Positions 17,945-27,174 are shown, counted from the stretch's first letter. The stretch: DNA of 33,778 bases from Simkaniaceae bacterium (GCA_050248615.1 JBFWSA010000022.1:1-33778); one strand, 5' to 3'. Program-made: numbers and translations. The notes: a model not told the origin generated them from the letters alone.

Positions 17945-18812
17945 ACCTCCGATGCTTGCGACGTTAACGAAAAAGTATTTTTCCGATCCTGCATGGATCT
18001 TTGAGAAAAAATTTGATGGGGTCCGTTGCATTGTTGTGAAGGATGGGGATGAGGTGACCCTCTATTCTCGGAATCGGAAGCGTTTAAATGTGAGCTTTCC
18101 TGAGCTTGAAAAAGCGTTTCAAAGGCAAAGAGGCTCTTTTGTGGTTGATGGGGAAATTGTAGCCGCAAGTTTTTCTCAGCTGCAGGAGCGGATGCATATC
18201 AAAGATCCTCGAAAGGTCAAACGGGAGATTCGGGTGGCGATCTATGTGTTTGATATCTTAAATGCTCATGGAGAAGCGACGACCCACCTCCCTTTGCTGG
18301 AGCGGAAAAAAATTCTCAAGAAAACCCTCACGTTTCAAGGGGAGGTGCGGTATACGCCTCACAGGACGGGTCAAGGGGAACGCTTTTTAAAAGAGGCGTG
18401 CCAAAAGAATTGGGAGGGGATCATTGCGAAAAAGAAGGACTCTCTTTATGTGAACAAACGGTCGAGAGAGTGGCTCAAGTTTAAGTGTGTCAAAGGGGAG
18501 ACCTTTGTGATCTGTGGGTATACAAAACCTCAAGGGAGTCGGGAGGGATTTGGTGCCCTTCTCATCGGTTATCCGGGGACGGGGAAACTCCGTTATGCTG
18601 GAAAGGTGGGAACAGGTTATGACACAGCCTGCTTACGAAAACTTGCTTCCCGTTTAAAACGGATCGAAAGAAAAACCTCTCCCTTTAAAGACCCCAAGAT
18701 CCCTGCAAAAGGGGTTACGTGGGTCAAGCCGCAGATAAAAGCGCGCATTGGATTTACTGAACGGACGAAAGAGGGGCGTCTACGTCACCCGAGATTTATG
18801 CATTTATTATGA
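17934..18812 (+). CDS. ligD (LIG): LigD ATP-dependent ligase domain, stand-alone
   Basis: PMLA, EKKFDG, VDGEIV, VFDIL, EGIIAK, WLKFK, GKVGTG and LRHPRF. Confidence 0.93.
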   Translation: MKFKPPMLATLTKKYFSDPAWIFEKKFDGVRCIVVKDGDEVTLYSRNRKRLNVSFPELEKAFQRQRGSFVVDGEIVAASFSQLQERMHIKDPRKVKREIRVAIYVFDILNAHGEATTHLPLLERKKILKKTLTFQGEVRYTPHRTGQGERFLKEACQKNWEGIIAKKKDSLYVNKRSREWLKFKCVKGETFVICGYTKPQGSREGFGALLIGYPGTGKLRYAGKVGTGYDTACLRKLASRLKRIERKTSPFKDPKIPAKGVTWVKPQIKARIGFTERTKEGRLRHPRFMHLL

Positions 18813-19681
18813 AAGTTGAGATAACCCATCAGGACAAGATTCTTTTTCCTAAAGATAAGATCACCAAGGGGGATCTGATTGCCTATTATGGGCAGGTGAG
18901 TCAACGGATGCTTCCCTTAATAAAGGATCGCCCCGTAAGTATGGAGCGTTATCCCGATGGAATCGGGAAAAAAGGGTTTATTCAGAAGCAAGTCTCTTCC
19001 TATTTTCCCAAATGGATCAAAACAAAATCGGTCGGTCGCAAAGAGGGAACGCCTATTCAGATGTTAGTTTGCAACACGAAGGATACCCTTCTCTATGTGG
19101 CCAATCAGGCCTGCATCACTCCCCACATCTGGCAGAGTACTCTGGAGGATTTAAAAAAACCGACACGGATGGTTTTTGATTTGGATCCTCCGGGGAAAAA
19201 TTTTGCAGAGGTGATCGCAGCGGCCAAAGATTTGCGGGATATTTTAGAGGGGGATTATCGCTTGAAGGCTTTTGTCATGACAACGGGTTCTAAAGGGCTC
19301 CACGTGGTCGTGCCGATCAGAAAGGGTCCAACCTTTGAAGAGGTACGTGCGTTTGCTAAAGAGGTCGGTTCTATTTTAGCGGAGGAGCTTCCCGCTAAGT
19401 ATACCCTTAACCCTCGAAAAACGAGCCGTCGAGGAAAGATTTTTATCGACTACATGCGTAATGGGTATGCCCAGACAGCAGTTGCCCCTTACGCCGTTCG
19501 AGCGCTTCCCGGCGCTCCCATTGCAATCCCTCTTGCGTGGAAGGAATTGACCAGTCGCCTGACGGCGCAGTCCTATACTCTTAAAAATTGTGGGAAAAGG
19601 CTCTCTAAGGAAGATCCTTGGGCAGGATTTAACCACGGTGTACCACTTATTTCGCTGCATAGGCGAATAGAATTGACGTAG
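18809..19681 (+). CDS. ligD (POL): LigD polymerase/primase (POL) domain, stand-alone; C-terminus supplied by a MITE
   Basis: ITH.DK.LFP, RYPDG, FDLDP, TTGSKGLHV, IFIDY.RN, APY.VRA and DPW. Confidence 0.93.
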   Translation: MKVEITHQDKILFPKDKITKGDLIAYYGQVSQRMLPLIKDRPVSMERYPDGIGKKGFIQKQVSSYFPKWIKTKSVGRKEGTPIQMLVCNTKDTLLYVANQACITPHIWQSTLEDLKKPTRMVFDLDPPGKNFAEVIAAAKDLRDILEGDYRLKAFVMTTGSKGLHVVVPIRKGPTFEEVRAFAKEVGSILAEELPAKYTLNPRKTSRRGKIFIDYMRNGYAQTAVAPYAVRALPGAPIAIPLAWKELTSRLTAQSYTLKNCGKRLSKEDPWAGFNHGVPLISLHRRIELT

Positions 19682-19800
19682 ATACTAGCTGAGCCACAAG
19701 GCAAGGTAGATCCACCTTGACGCAGGGGCAAAGCGACGTAGATGCTTTAATTCTACTTGCTTATGCAGTGCTAAAAGGAAAAATAAGTGGTACACCGTGG
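19633..19800. mobile_element. MITE, CC-ended with 5-bp target duplication TTTAA, 168 bp
   Basis: TIRs CCACGGTGTACCACTTATTT / AAATAAGTGGTACACCGTGG; TTTAA at 19628-32 and 19801-05; a short relative lies at 32885. Confidence 0.88.
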
Positions 19801-20010
19801 TTTAACCAGGCAGCAAGGAAACTACCCTAAAAACGTAAACTTGTTTAATAGGGGAGAGAGTTGAAATGTGAAGATACTTCCGCCCTTCTTATTTAGAAGG
19901 AGGATCTTCACAAGTTCGTAGCACATGAGTGGTTTAACTGGAAACTCTTTCATAATACTTAATATTATAACATATAAATGTAAATAAATCATTAAGAAAA
20001 ATGGCCTATC

Positions 20011-20274
20011 CTAAGAAGTGTAATGAAAGCCTGCAACGATATGGCTTAAGATCTCATCTGAGAGTTCTTTAGGAGGTTTTTGGGGAATCACTAAATGAAT
20101 CTTAGTCTCTGTATTTTCATGAATTTCAAGAGTTTGGGTAGTAGAGATATCAAACCCATTCTCATTTAGAAACTTATGAGGGTCGGCTAAAAGCGCCTCT
20201 TTAAGGGAGGGGTCATCCCAGAGTTTACGGATGATAGTGGCCCATTTTTTGGCCTGGTTTAGATCTGTTTTCAT
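20011..20274 (-). CDS. NHLP (nitrile hydratase-like leader) peptide precursor; predicted core FHYTS
   Basis: II.K.W.DPS.K..LLADP...L...G, IHEN....HLVIP and ELSDEILSHIVAG, then 5 residues and TAG. Adjacent to the cognate-type transporter trio. ATG 20274 is preferred to TTG 20310. Confidence 0.88.
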   Translation of the reverse strand: MKTDLNQAKKWATIIRKLWDDPSLKEALLADPHKFLNENGFDISTTQTLEIHENTETKIHLVIPQKPPKELSDEILSHIVAGFHYTS

Positions 20275-20327
20275 AGACTTGCTTGTAGCGCTTGAATCAT
20301 TAATTTGCAATTGCTATGGAGAAAGTC

Positions 20328-21140
20328 ATGGGAGATATCTTTAGACACGATACGATTGAGAAACTTTCTTCACCAGGGCAATTGAGTAAGTTGCTGGTGG
20401 TGGTGCGTTTACGCGGCTGGATCGTTTTAGGAACCCTTGTTGTGATCCTTTTAGGGGTTTTAACCTGGTCGGCCATTGGGCAGATTCCGATCATTACGAC
20501 GGGGCAAGGGATCTTACTGACTCCCAACTCACAATTTTCGATCAATAGTCCTTCTGAAGGGATTGTAAAAGAGATCTTTGTTCCTCTCTATCAGAATGTT
20601 CCTGCAGGAACTCCATTAATGGAGCTTTCAACGGGGGTGATCATTGCAGCCCCCAAGTATGGAAAGATTTTTCAGATGGATGCCAGCAATGGAGAGTATG
20701 TCAAAGCGGGGCAAGTCCTTCTTTGGTTTGAGACAAAGATTTATCCGACAGATTTGCAGGTTTATGGTTTTATTTCTGCAGGTGTCGGAGAGAGGATTGA
20801 GGAAGGGATGCCTGTATCGGTCAATTTAGCTTCGGTAGATACGCAAAAATATGGGCAACTGGTGGGAGTGGTCAAACAGGTGGCCCCTTATGCGGTTTCG
20901 GCAACTTCCGATCAACTCAAAGTGATCCCTTCTGAAAAGCTCCGAGAAGATTTAACGCAAGGGGCTACTGTGGAACTGATCATTGTCCAACCCAAGTTGG
21001 ATCCCAATAATCCTTCGGGTCTTGCTTGGACATTTGGGAAGGGGCCTCCGAATCCCCTTTCTCCAGGGTCAACGGGAACGGTGCGGATCACGATTGAAAG
21101 TAAGCGTCCGATTTCCTATCTCATCCCTTTAAAGTCTTAG
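20328..21140 (+). CDS. NHLP-system secretion (HlyD/membrane-fusion) protein, short form
   Basis: IFR...EKLSSP.QL N-terminus, one TM segment, lipoyl halves, YG.L.G.V..V, GLAWT..GP and RPISY. Start is 20328 or 20316. Confidence 0.88.
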   Translation: MGDIFRHDTIEKLSSPGQLSKLLVVVRLRGWIVLGTLVVILLGVLTWSAIGQIPIITTGQGILLTPNSQFSINSPSEGIVKEIFVPLYQNVPAGTPLMELSTGVIIAAPKYGKIFQMDASNGEYVKAGQVLLWFETKIYPTDLQVYGFISAGVGERIEEGMPVSVNLASVDTQKYGQLVGVVKQVAPYAVSATSDQLKVIPSEKLREDLTQGATVELIIVQPKLDPNNPSGLAWTFGKGPPNPLSPGSTGTVRITIESKRPISYLIPLKS

Positions 21141-21145
21141 GGGGA

Positions 21146-23326
21146 GTGATGGTATTAAGGCCCCAAAAATTTTGGAGAGTACAGACTCCCACAGTGATTC
21201 AAATGGAAAATGTGGAGTGTGGAGCGGCGTGCTTAGCGATTCTTTTGTCCCATTATGGGCGTCATGTCCCTTTGGAGAAGCTCCGGGTAGAATGTGGGGT
21301 TTCACGGGATGGGAGTAATGCCCTTAATATCCTCAAAGCAGCCCACACTTATGGCCTCAAAGGGAAGGGGATGCGTGAGGGGCTTTCCGAACTCTATGCT
21401 TGCAAAAAGCCAGCCATTATTTTTTGGGATTATAACCACTTTTTAGTTCTGGAAGGGTTTGCTAAAGACTGTGTCTATCTCAATGATCCTGCTTTTGGGC
21501 CACGTCGGATGAGCTATGAAGAATTTGATCAGGGATATACGGGAGTGGTTCTCCATTTTGAGGTGACGGAAGGGTTTAAAAAGGGGGGAAAGACGCAAAG
21601 TATTATCGAAGATATCGTCACCCGTTTGCGCAAAGTCAAAAGCTCTTTGCTCTATTTATTGATAGCGGGAGTATGTCTATTGATTCCGGGCCTTTCTGTG
21701 CCTGTATTTACGCGGATTTTTGTGGATAATATCTTAGTTTCGAACATTTTGCCTTGGAAAGGGCAGTTTCTTTTGGGAATTGCTTTAGCGATGGTTTTAG
21801 GAGCGGTTCTCACCTGGCTTCAGCAATACTTTTTAAACCGCTTAAATGCGAAATTGGCGATTGGTTTTTCGAGCGATTTTTTATGGCATATTCTTCGACT
21901 TCCGGTTTCCTTTTATACCCACCGCTTTCCCGCAGAGATCGCGAATCGTGTTGGACAAAATAATCTGGTTGCCCAGATGATGACGGGGGCTCTTGCAACG
22001 ACCTCTATCCAACTTCTCTTAGTCATCTTCTATGGCATTGTCATGTTCATGTATGATTTTGCAGTGGCTCTGACAGGGATTTTAGCGGGTGTGGGGAGTC
22101 TTCTGGTGATGCGCGCCATCCAACGTTCGCGAACCGATACTTATGCTCGGTTGCAAAAAGAGCAATCGATGGTGACAGCTAGCTCAGTGGGAGCTATCCA
22201 ACAAATTGAAACGATTAAAGCGACCGGAACTGAGAGTGATACGTTTGCTGCTTTTGCAGGGTTTGATACGAATAAGATCAATTCTCTCCAAGAAATCAGT
22301 CGCAAAGATGCGATTTTAACGACCTCGCCGATCCTTTTTCAGGGCCTCGCTTTAGCGGCCCTCTTAGGGATTGGAGGGTGGCGTACAATGGAGGGGAGTT
22401 TAACGATCGGGACGCTGATTGCTTTGCAGATTTTACTCCTCAGCTTTTTGCAACCTGTCGCGCAGTTTGTCAACTTTGGGCAAACCCTTCAGTTTCTGAA
22501 AGTGGAGCTGATGCGTCTCAATGATGTCCTGAAAAACCCGATTGATCGGATCTATACAAGGCGGAGTAAAGGGAAAGAAGAGATGGTGAAGTTAGAGGGG
22601 TACATAGAGTTTAAAGAGGTGACGTTTGGATACAGTCCTCTCGCTCCCCCCCTGATCGAGAAGCTCAGCATCACTATTAAGCCGGGACAAAGGATTGCCC
22701 TTGTGGGACCTTCAGGGTGTGGGAAGTCTACCATTGCAAAACTCTCTACAGGATTACTAGATCCGTGGGAAGGGGAGATTTTATTCGATGGAAAGCCCTA
22801 CTTAGATCACCCCGCAGATGTCATGCAACGCTCCCTCTCCAATGTCGATCAAGAGATTTTTCTCTTTAGTGGAACGATTCGCGATAACATCACCCTTTGG
22901 GATACCACGGCTTCGGATGATATTTTAATCCAGGCGGCTCTAGATGCGTGCATCCATCACGATATTTTGGAGCGTCCTTTAGGGTATGAGACGGAGTTGA
23001 TCGAAGGGGGGCGCAACTTAAGTGGGGGGCAGAGGCAACGCCTAGAGATTGCCCGCGCTTTACTCGTGAGTCCTTCGATCATGATTATGGACGAAGCGAC
23101 AAGCGCTTTAGATTCCAATACAGAGAAAAAGGTGATGAATCATATCCGGAAGCGGGGGTGTTCGGCCATTATGGTAGCGCATCGTCTCAGCACTATTCAG
23201 GATTGCGATGAGATCATCGTCTTAGATCAAGGGAAGGTTGTGGAACGGGGAACGCATCAGGAGCTTAAAGATCGAAAAGGGGTCTATCGGGAATTGATCG
23301 AAAGTGAGAGGGCCGAAGATGTATAA
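21146..23326 (+). CDS. NHLP-system ABC transporter, C39 peptidase/permease/ATPase
   Basis: QME.VECGAACL (Cys), NHF (His), NDP (Asp), CGVSRDGS; GPSGCGKST, LSGGQ, IMDEATSALD and AHRLST. Confidence 0.95.
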   Translation: MMVLRPQKFWRVQTPTVIQMENVECGAACLAILLSHYGRHVPLEKLRVECGVSRDGSNALNILKAAHTYGLKGKGMREGLSELYACKKPAIIFWDYNHFLVLEGFAKDCVYLNDPAFGPRRMSYEEFDQGYTGVVLHFEVTEGFKKGGKTQSIIEDIVTRLRKVKSSLLYLLIAGVCLLIPGLSVPVFTRIFVDNILVSNILPWKGQFLLGIALAMVLGAVLTWLQQYFLNRLNAKLAIGFSSDFLWHILRLPVSFYTHRFPAEIANRVGQNNLVAQMMTGALATTSIQLLLVIFYGIVMFMYDFAVALTGILAGVGSLLVMRAIQRSRTDTYARLQKEQSMVTASSVGAIQQIETIKATGTESDTFAAFAGFDTNKINSLQEISRKDAILTTSPILFQGLALAALLGIGGWRTMEGSLTIGTLIALQILLLSFLQPVAQFVNFGQTLQFLKVELMRLNDVLKNPIDRIYTRRSKGKEEMVKLEGYIEFKEVTFGYSPLAPPLIEKLSITIKPGQRIALVGPSGCGKSTIAKLSTGLLDPWEGEILFDGKPYLDHPADVMQRSLSNVDQEIFLFSGTIRDNITLWDTTASDDILIQAALDACIHHDILERPLGYETELIEGGRNLSGGQRQRLEIARALLVSPSIMIMDEATSALDSNTEKKVMNHIRKRGCSAIMVAHRLSTIQDCDEIIVLDQGKVVERGTHQELKDRKGVYRELIESERAEDV

Positions 23327-26222
23327 GATTTTTGCAGAAAAAGGGCGGCGCATCGATGCACCCGCAAATTACCGCCTATCCCTCCAAAAAACAGGGAAAG
23401 TGTGGTTTTTGGAACAAGGCTCGATGATTTTGTTTGCAGTGCAAAAAAAAGGGGAGGCAGAAGGACGGCGCACCCTTCTTTCAACGGTTCATAGGGGAAA
23501 GTTATTATTCGATATGGAGAGGGATCAGGAGCTTTCCTATGAGGTTTTTGCCTTTAGTGAAGAGCCGGTGGTTTTATGGGAACTCGATTCCCACTCCCTT
23601 CAAACGTCCCTTCACGCTTCCCCTGAGTATCAAAAAGAATTTTCCTTTTACTTGGAACATTGGCTCCATCAGTTTTCCTCTTTCTTGGTTTCTCCTATGG
23701 AGATGAAACCCAAACATTGGGTCATTCAAGGGGGAAGGTTAGGGCTGCAGGATGGAGAAACATTTACTTTAAAAATGAGTGAAGTTCCCCGGGAAAAAGA
23801 GCGGGTTTTTTGGATCATTCCCGAAGAGGGGGAGTTTAAGCTCTTAGGTCCCCATGAACTCAAAGTGTCCCATTTTTTTCCTATTCTTCCCCACCTTTAT
23901 TTTCTCACTTTGGGTGAAACCAAGCTCCAGGTGAAAACAACACAAGACACGATTCAAGAGGGCTCTTGGCAAGGGGGCCTAGACTACTTTCATCAATTTT
24001 TGGGCCACTTTCTGCTCAAAAAGCGGGCCCGTATTGATCGAGAAGAGTTGGCTCGTTTTGAAGAGAAAGAAACTCTTCAAGAGGAGACGCTTCACTCGAC
24101 CCTTTCCGAAATGATTTCTATTCTGAGTCCAGAAGAATTTGAAGAAAAAATCCTCAGTAGAGATCCCTTGATTCAGGCGACCCAAATGGTATTTAAGAAG
24201 ATGGGAATTCCTTTGATGCCTCCTCCCAAGAAAGGATTTGCCGGAGAAATCGAAGACCGTGTGAGGCTATTAGCGGAAGGATCTGGGGCCCGCTTTCGAA
24301 CCGTTGTGTTAAAGCCTCTATGGTGGAAGAAGGATGTGGGTATTCTTTTAGCATTTCATGGGAAGGATCGCCATCCCGTAGCCCTCCTTCAAACTCCCTT
24401 TGGAGAGTATGAAATCCATGATCCCATTCGGGGAATGAAAAAAAAGGTGACGGATAAAGTGGCGAGAGAACTCAGCGTAACAGCCTATACGTTTTATGTC
24501 CCCCTTCCTGACGATTTACATCAGGGAAAAGAGGTCCTTTTTTACTTTCTAAAAAGAAATGGAAAAACATTGGGAAAACTCGCTCTCTATAGCTTGATTT
24601 CTGCCCTTTTTTCTCTATTTTTACCGGTGGGGATTGCCCTCCTTTTTAATAATGCCATTCCTAATGCCAACATGCCCCTTCTCTTTCAGGTGACATTAGG
24701 GCTCGCTCTCTCTGCTGTGAGTTCCTCTTTATTTCTCTATTTTCGCTCTCTGATTTTGGGACGGATCGATGGCCTTCTCAGTTCCCAAATTCAACCTGCC
24801 CTTTGGGACCGCCTTCTTAAACTTCCTGCAAATTTTTTCCGTCGTTTCACAGCAGGGGATCTTCTCCAACGGGTGATGTCGATGGAACAGATGCGCCCCC
24901 TTTTGAGTAGTAATATCGCCCAGACGGTTTTGACGGGGTTCTTTTCTCTTTTTTATCTAATCGTGATGTTCATTTATTCTGCAAAGCTTACCTGGATTGG
25001 GATTGGCATGATGGCACTTGCTCTAGGCTTAACCTCTCTTTTTGCCCGTTGGAAGGTCAACATCCAGAAAAAAGTCTATGAGATGCAGGGAAAAATTAAT
25101 GGAGCCCTTATCCAAATCTTATCAGGGGTTGCCAAACTCCGCGTTGCAGGAGCAGAGAACAATGCGTTTTCTTATTGGGCACGGGAATTTTCAAAGACCA
25201 AATCTCTTGAAATGCGTGCCCAAAATATCCAAAACGTGATTACCACGCTGATGGCAGCTTTTCCTCTCTTTACCTTCATTGTGATTTTTGCAGCTGTCAT
25301 TCGAATGGAAGCAGTTGGGGGACTCTCAACAGGAGATTTTTTGGCTTTTAATACCGCCTTTATGACCCTTTCTGTGGCGATCTTTTCTTTTGGGAATATT
25401 GTGATGCAAGCCTCTTCGATTATTCCCCTGTGGAAACGCTCCTATGTGATCGTTGAAGAACCGCAAGAGATGCTTATCAAAAAAAGTCACCCTGGAAAAT
25501 TAACAGGGAATATTCGTCTCGATAATGTCTCGTTCAGATATGACTCAGGAGGGGTGAATATTTTAAAAGATGTTTCGATTCGGGTACAGCCCCACCAGAT
25601 GGTGGGGATTGTGGGACCTTCCGGAAGTGGAAAGTCGACCCTCATTCGTCTTATTTTGGGATTTGAAACACCCCGATCCGGAGCTGTCTATTTTAATGAC
25701 AAAGATCTCTCTCACCTCAACATTCATGAGGTGAGAAAACAGATGGGTGTTGTTTTACAAGGAGGAGGAATCGTTGCGGGAACCCTCTATCAAAACATCG
25801 TTGCTGGGGGGCGCTACACGGAAGAAGAGATCGAGCGAGCGATCACGCTAGCTGGGTTTAAAAGAGATTTACAGAACTTTCCCATGGGCTTGCATACGGT
25901 TGTTCCGATGAATGGGGAGACCCTTTCTGGAGGACAGAAGCAGCGTCTGCTCATCGCTAGAGCCCTTCTTCCCCATCCGAAGATTCTCCTTCTAGATGAA
26001 GCAACGAGCGCCCTGGATAATCACTCCCAAGATGAAATCACCCATAACATCGATCAGCTCGATATTACCCGCATTGTGATCGCTCACCGCTTGAGCACGA
26101 TCAAAAACGCCGACCATATCTACGTCCTAGAGGAGGGGCGGATCACCCAATCAGGTTCCTTTCAAGACCTTGCTAAAGAGGAAGGACTTTTCCAAGAGAT
26201 GCTCAAGAGGCAGAAGCTCTAA
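23319..26222 (+). CDS. NHLP-system second ABC transporter (long N-terminus, peptidase-inactive)
   Basis: R.R.V.L...WWK.D.G.LL and PVALL region without a catalytic Cys; WDRLLKLP, GPSGSGKST, LSGGQ and LLDEATSALD. ATG 23319 overlaps the upstream stop. Confidence 0.93.
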   Translation: MYKIFAEKGRRIDAPANYRLSLQKTGKVWFLEQGSMILFAVQKKGEAEGRRTLLSTVHRGKLLFDMERDQELSYEVFAFSEEPVVLWELDSHSLQTSLHASPEYQKEFSFYLEHWLHQFSSFLVSPMEMKPKHWVIQGGRLGLQDGETFTLKMSEVPREKERVFWIIPEEGEFKLLGPHELKVSHFFPILPHLYFLTLGETKLQVKTTQDTIQEGSWQGGLDYFHQFLGHFLLKKRARIDREELARFEEKETLQEETLHSTLSEMISILSPEEFEEKILSRDPLIQATQMVFKKMGIPLMPPPKKGFAGEIEDRVRLLAEGSGARFRTVVLKPLWWKKDVGILLAFHGKDRHPVALLQTPFGEYEIHDPIRGMKKKVTDKVARELSVTAYTFYVPLPDDLHQGKEVLFYFLKRNGKTLGKLALYSLISALFSLFLPVGIALLFNNAIPNANMPLLFQVTLGLALSAVSSSLFLYFRSLILGRIDGLLSSQIQPALWDRLLKLPANFFRRFTAGDLLQRVMSMEQMRPLLSSNIAQTVLTGFFSLFYLIVMFIYSAKLTWIGIGMMALALGLTSLFARWKVNIQKKVYEMQGKINGALIQILSGVAKLRVAGAENNAFSYWAREFSKTKSLEMRAQNIQNVITTLMAAFPLFTFIVIFAAVIRMEAVGGLSTGDFLAFNTAFMTLSVAIFSFGNIVMQASSIIPLWKRSYVIVEEPQEMLIKKSHPGKLTGNIRLDNVSFRYDSGGVNILKDVSIRVQPHQMVGIVGPSGSGKSTLIRLILGFETPRSGAVYFNDKDLSHLNIHEVRKQMGVVLQGGGIVAGTLYQNIVAGGRYTEEEIERAITLAGFKRDLQNFPMGLHTVVPMNGETLSGGQKQRLLIARALLPHPKILLLDEATSALDNHSQDEITHNIDQLDITRIVIAHRLSTIKNADHIYVLEEGRITQSGSFQDLAKEEGLFQEMLKRQKL

Positions 26223-26569
26223 ACCCAAGCAGTTTTATAGCAAGCTAGCCACAGGATGGCATCGGTTTTATGGGTCCAGATGTCAATCGAGCGATCAAAA
26301 TGGTTCGCCAATCTTAAGCAACTAGCAGAGAGGAAAAAAGCTAAGGCAATCGTGACCGTACATCGAGTACCCTGTTCCCAATCTTGAAAAAACTCTCCTC
26401 CCAGATGGTTGCCTTGTGTGGCATAGTTCGCAACCGTCACCCCTGTCATATTCACAACAGATTGGATCAGGGGGTGCTTAATCGTTTTGAAGTGGAGCAT
26501 CGACTCCATAACAAAGGATAAAGCCCCTACACAAAGCCCTTTTTTAGCAGCATCAGAAAATGTAATCAT
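26219..26569 (-). CDS. Hypothetical small membrane protein
   Basis: 116 aa with several hydrophobic segments, RBS GAGG, and a stop overlapping the ABC gene stop. Confidence 0.6.
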   Translation of the reverse strand: MITFSDAAKKGLCVGALSFVMESMLHFKTIKHPLIQSVVNMTGVTVANYATQGNHLGGEFFQDWEQGTRCTVTIALAFFLSASCLRLANHFDRSIDIWTHKTDAILWLACYKTAWV

Positions 26570-26677
26570 ATAGACCTCTTTTTTATGTACCGAAATGACT
26601 TTTCATCATAGGTAGGCGTATCAACCTAACACACCTACCCAAAAAAAATCTAGAAGTCTTGGAGGATTTCACCAGAA

Positions 26678-26942
26678 CTGACGCATCAAAATTTCCCTAC
26701 GAAACCCTGCTTGGAAAGGGGTTGTTTTTGCATAGATTTTCTATTTTTATAGCTGAAAATTTTATGCGATTGGACTTGCTCCTCTAATTTTAATGCGTTA
26801 GACCAGCCCTAAGCGACTCCTTTAGAGAATTTCATTGTTGACCTGCTTCAAAAGCCCCATTTGTGCCTATTCCATCGATCACCTTGAAATTTCCTCATAG
26901 GAGCCACTTCTTGAATGTCCATCTCATGACGACCCTATCTAG
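26678..26942. mobile_element. Two adjacent degenerate MITEs
   Basis: IR CTGACGCATCAAAATT (26678) / AATTTTAATGCGTTAG (26801), then a left-truncated element ending TGACGACCCTATCTAG (26942) like the IS5 ends. Confidence 0.6.
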
Positions 26943-27174
26943 TACAGAATATTTTTCAGAACCATCTTGATTGATCGTTAATAATTAATAACTTAAGGCA
27001 CCTTATGAATACCTCAATGGTCTCAACTTGGGTTAACGTCGGGTTGCGGATTAAGGGCGATACCCACAAACTAGGGTGACATTTCTATTTTGGGTTGATA
27101 CTGTTAGAAAAAAATTGCAGTAAATGGAGGGTTTTTGTAAATTTATTGGAAATAAATACGTTTGGGGGTGCTAT

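Noticed and set aside
19822..19953. HicA toxin remnant reading of the mini-ORF
   Set aside because: Only a vague N-terminal resemblance; there is no GSH motif and no antitoxin.
26650..26673. 16-bp identity (TCTTGGAGGATTTCAC) with the 3' end of the TPR gene (29405-29420), reading GEILQDF* versus SEILQDLY*
   Set aside because: It could be a paralog vestige, but similarity stops immediately and one 16-mer match in 34 kb can occur by chance.
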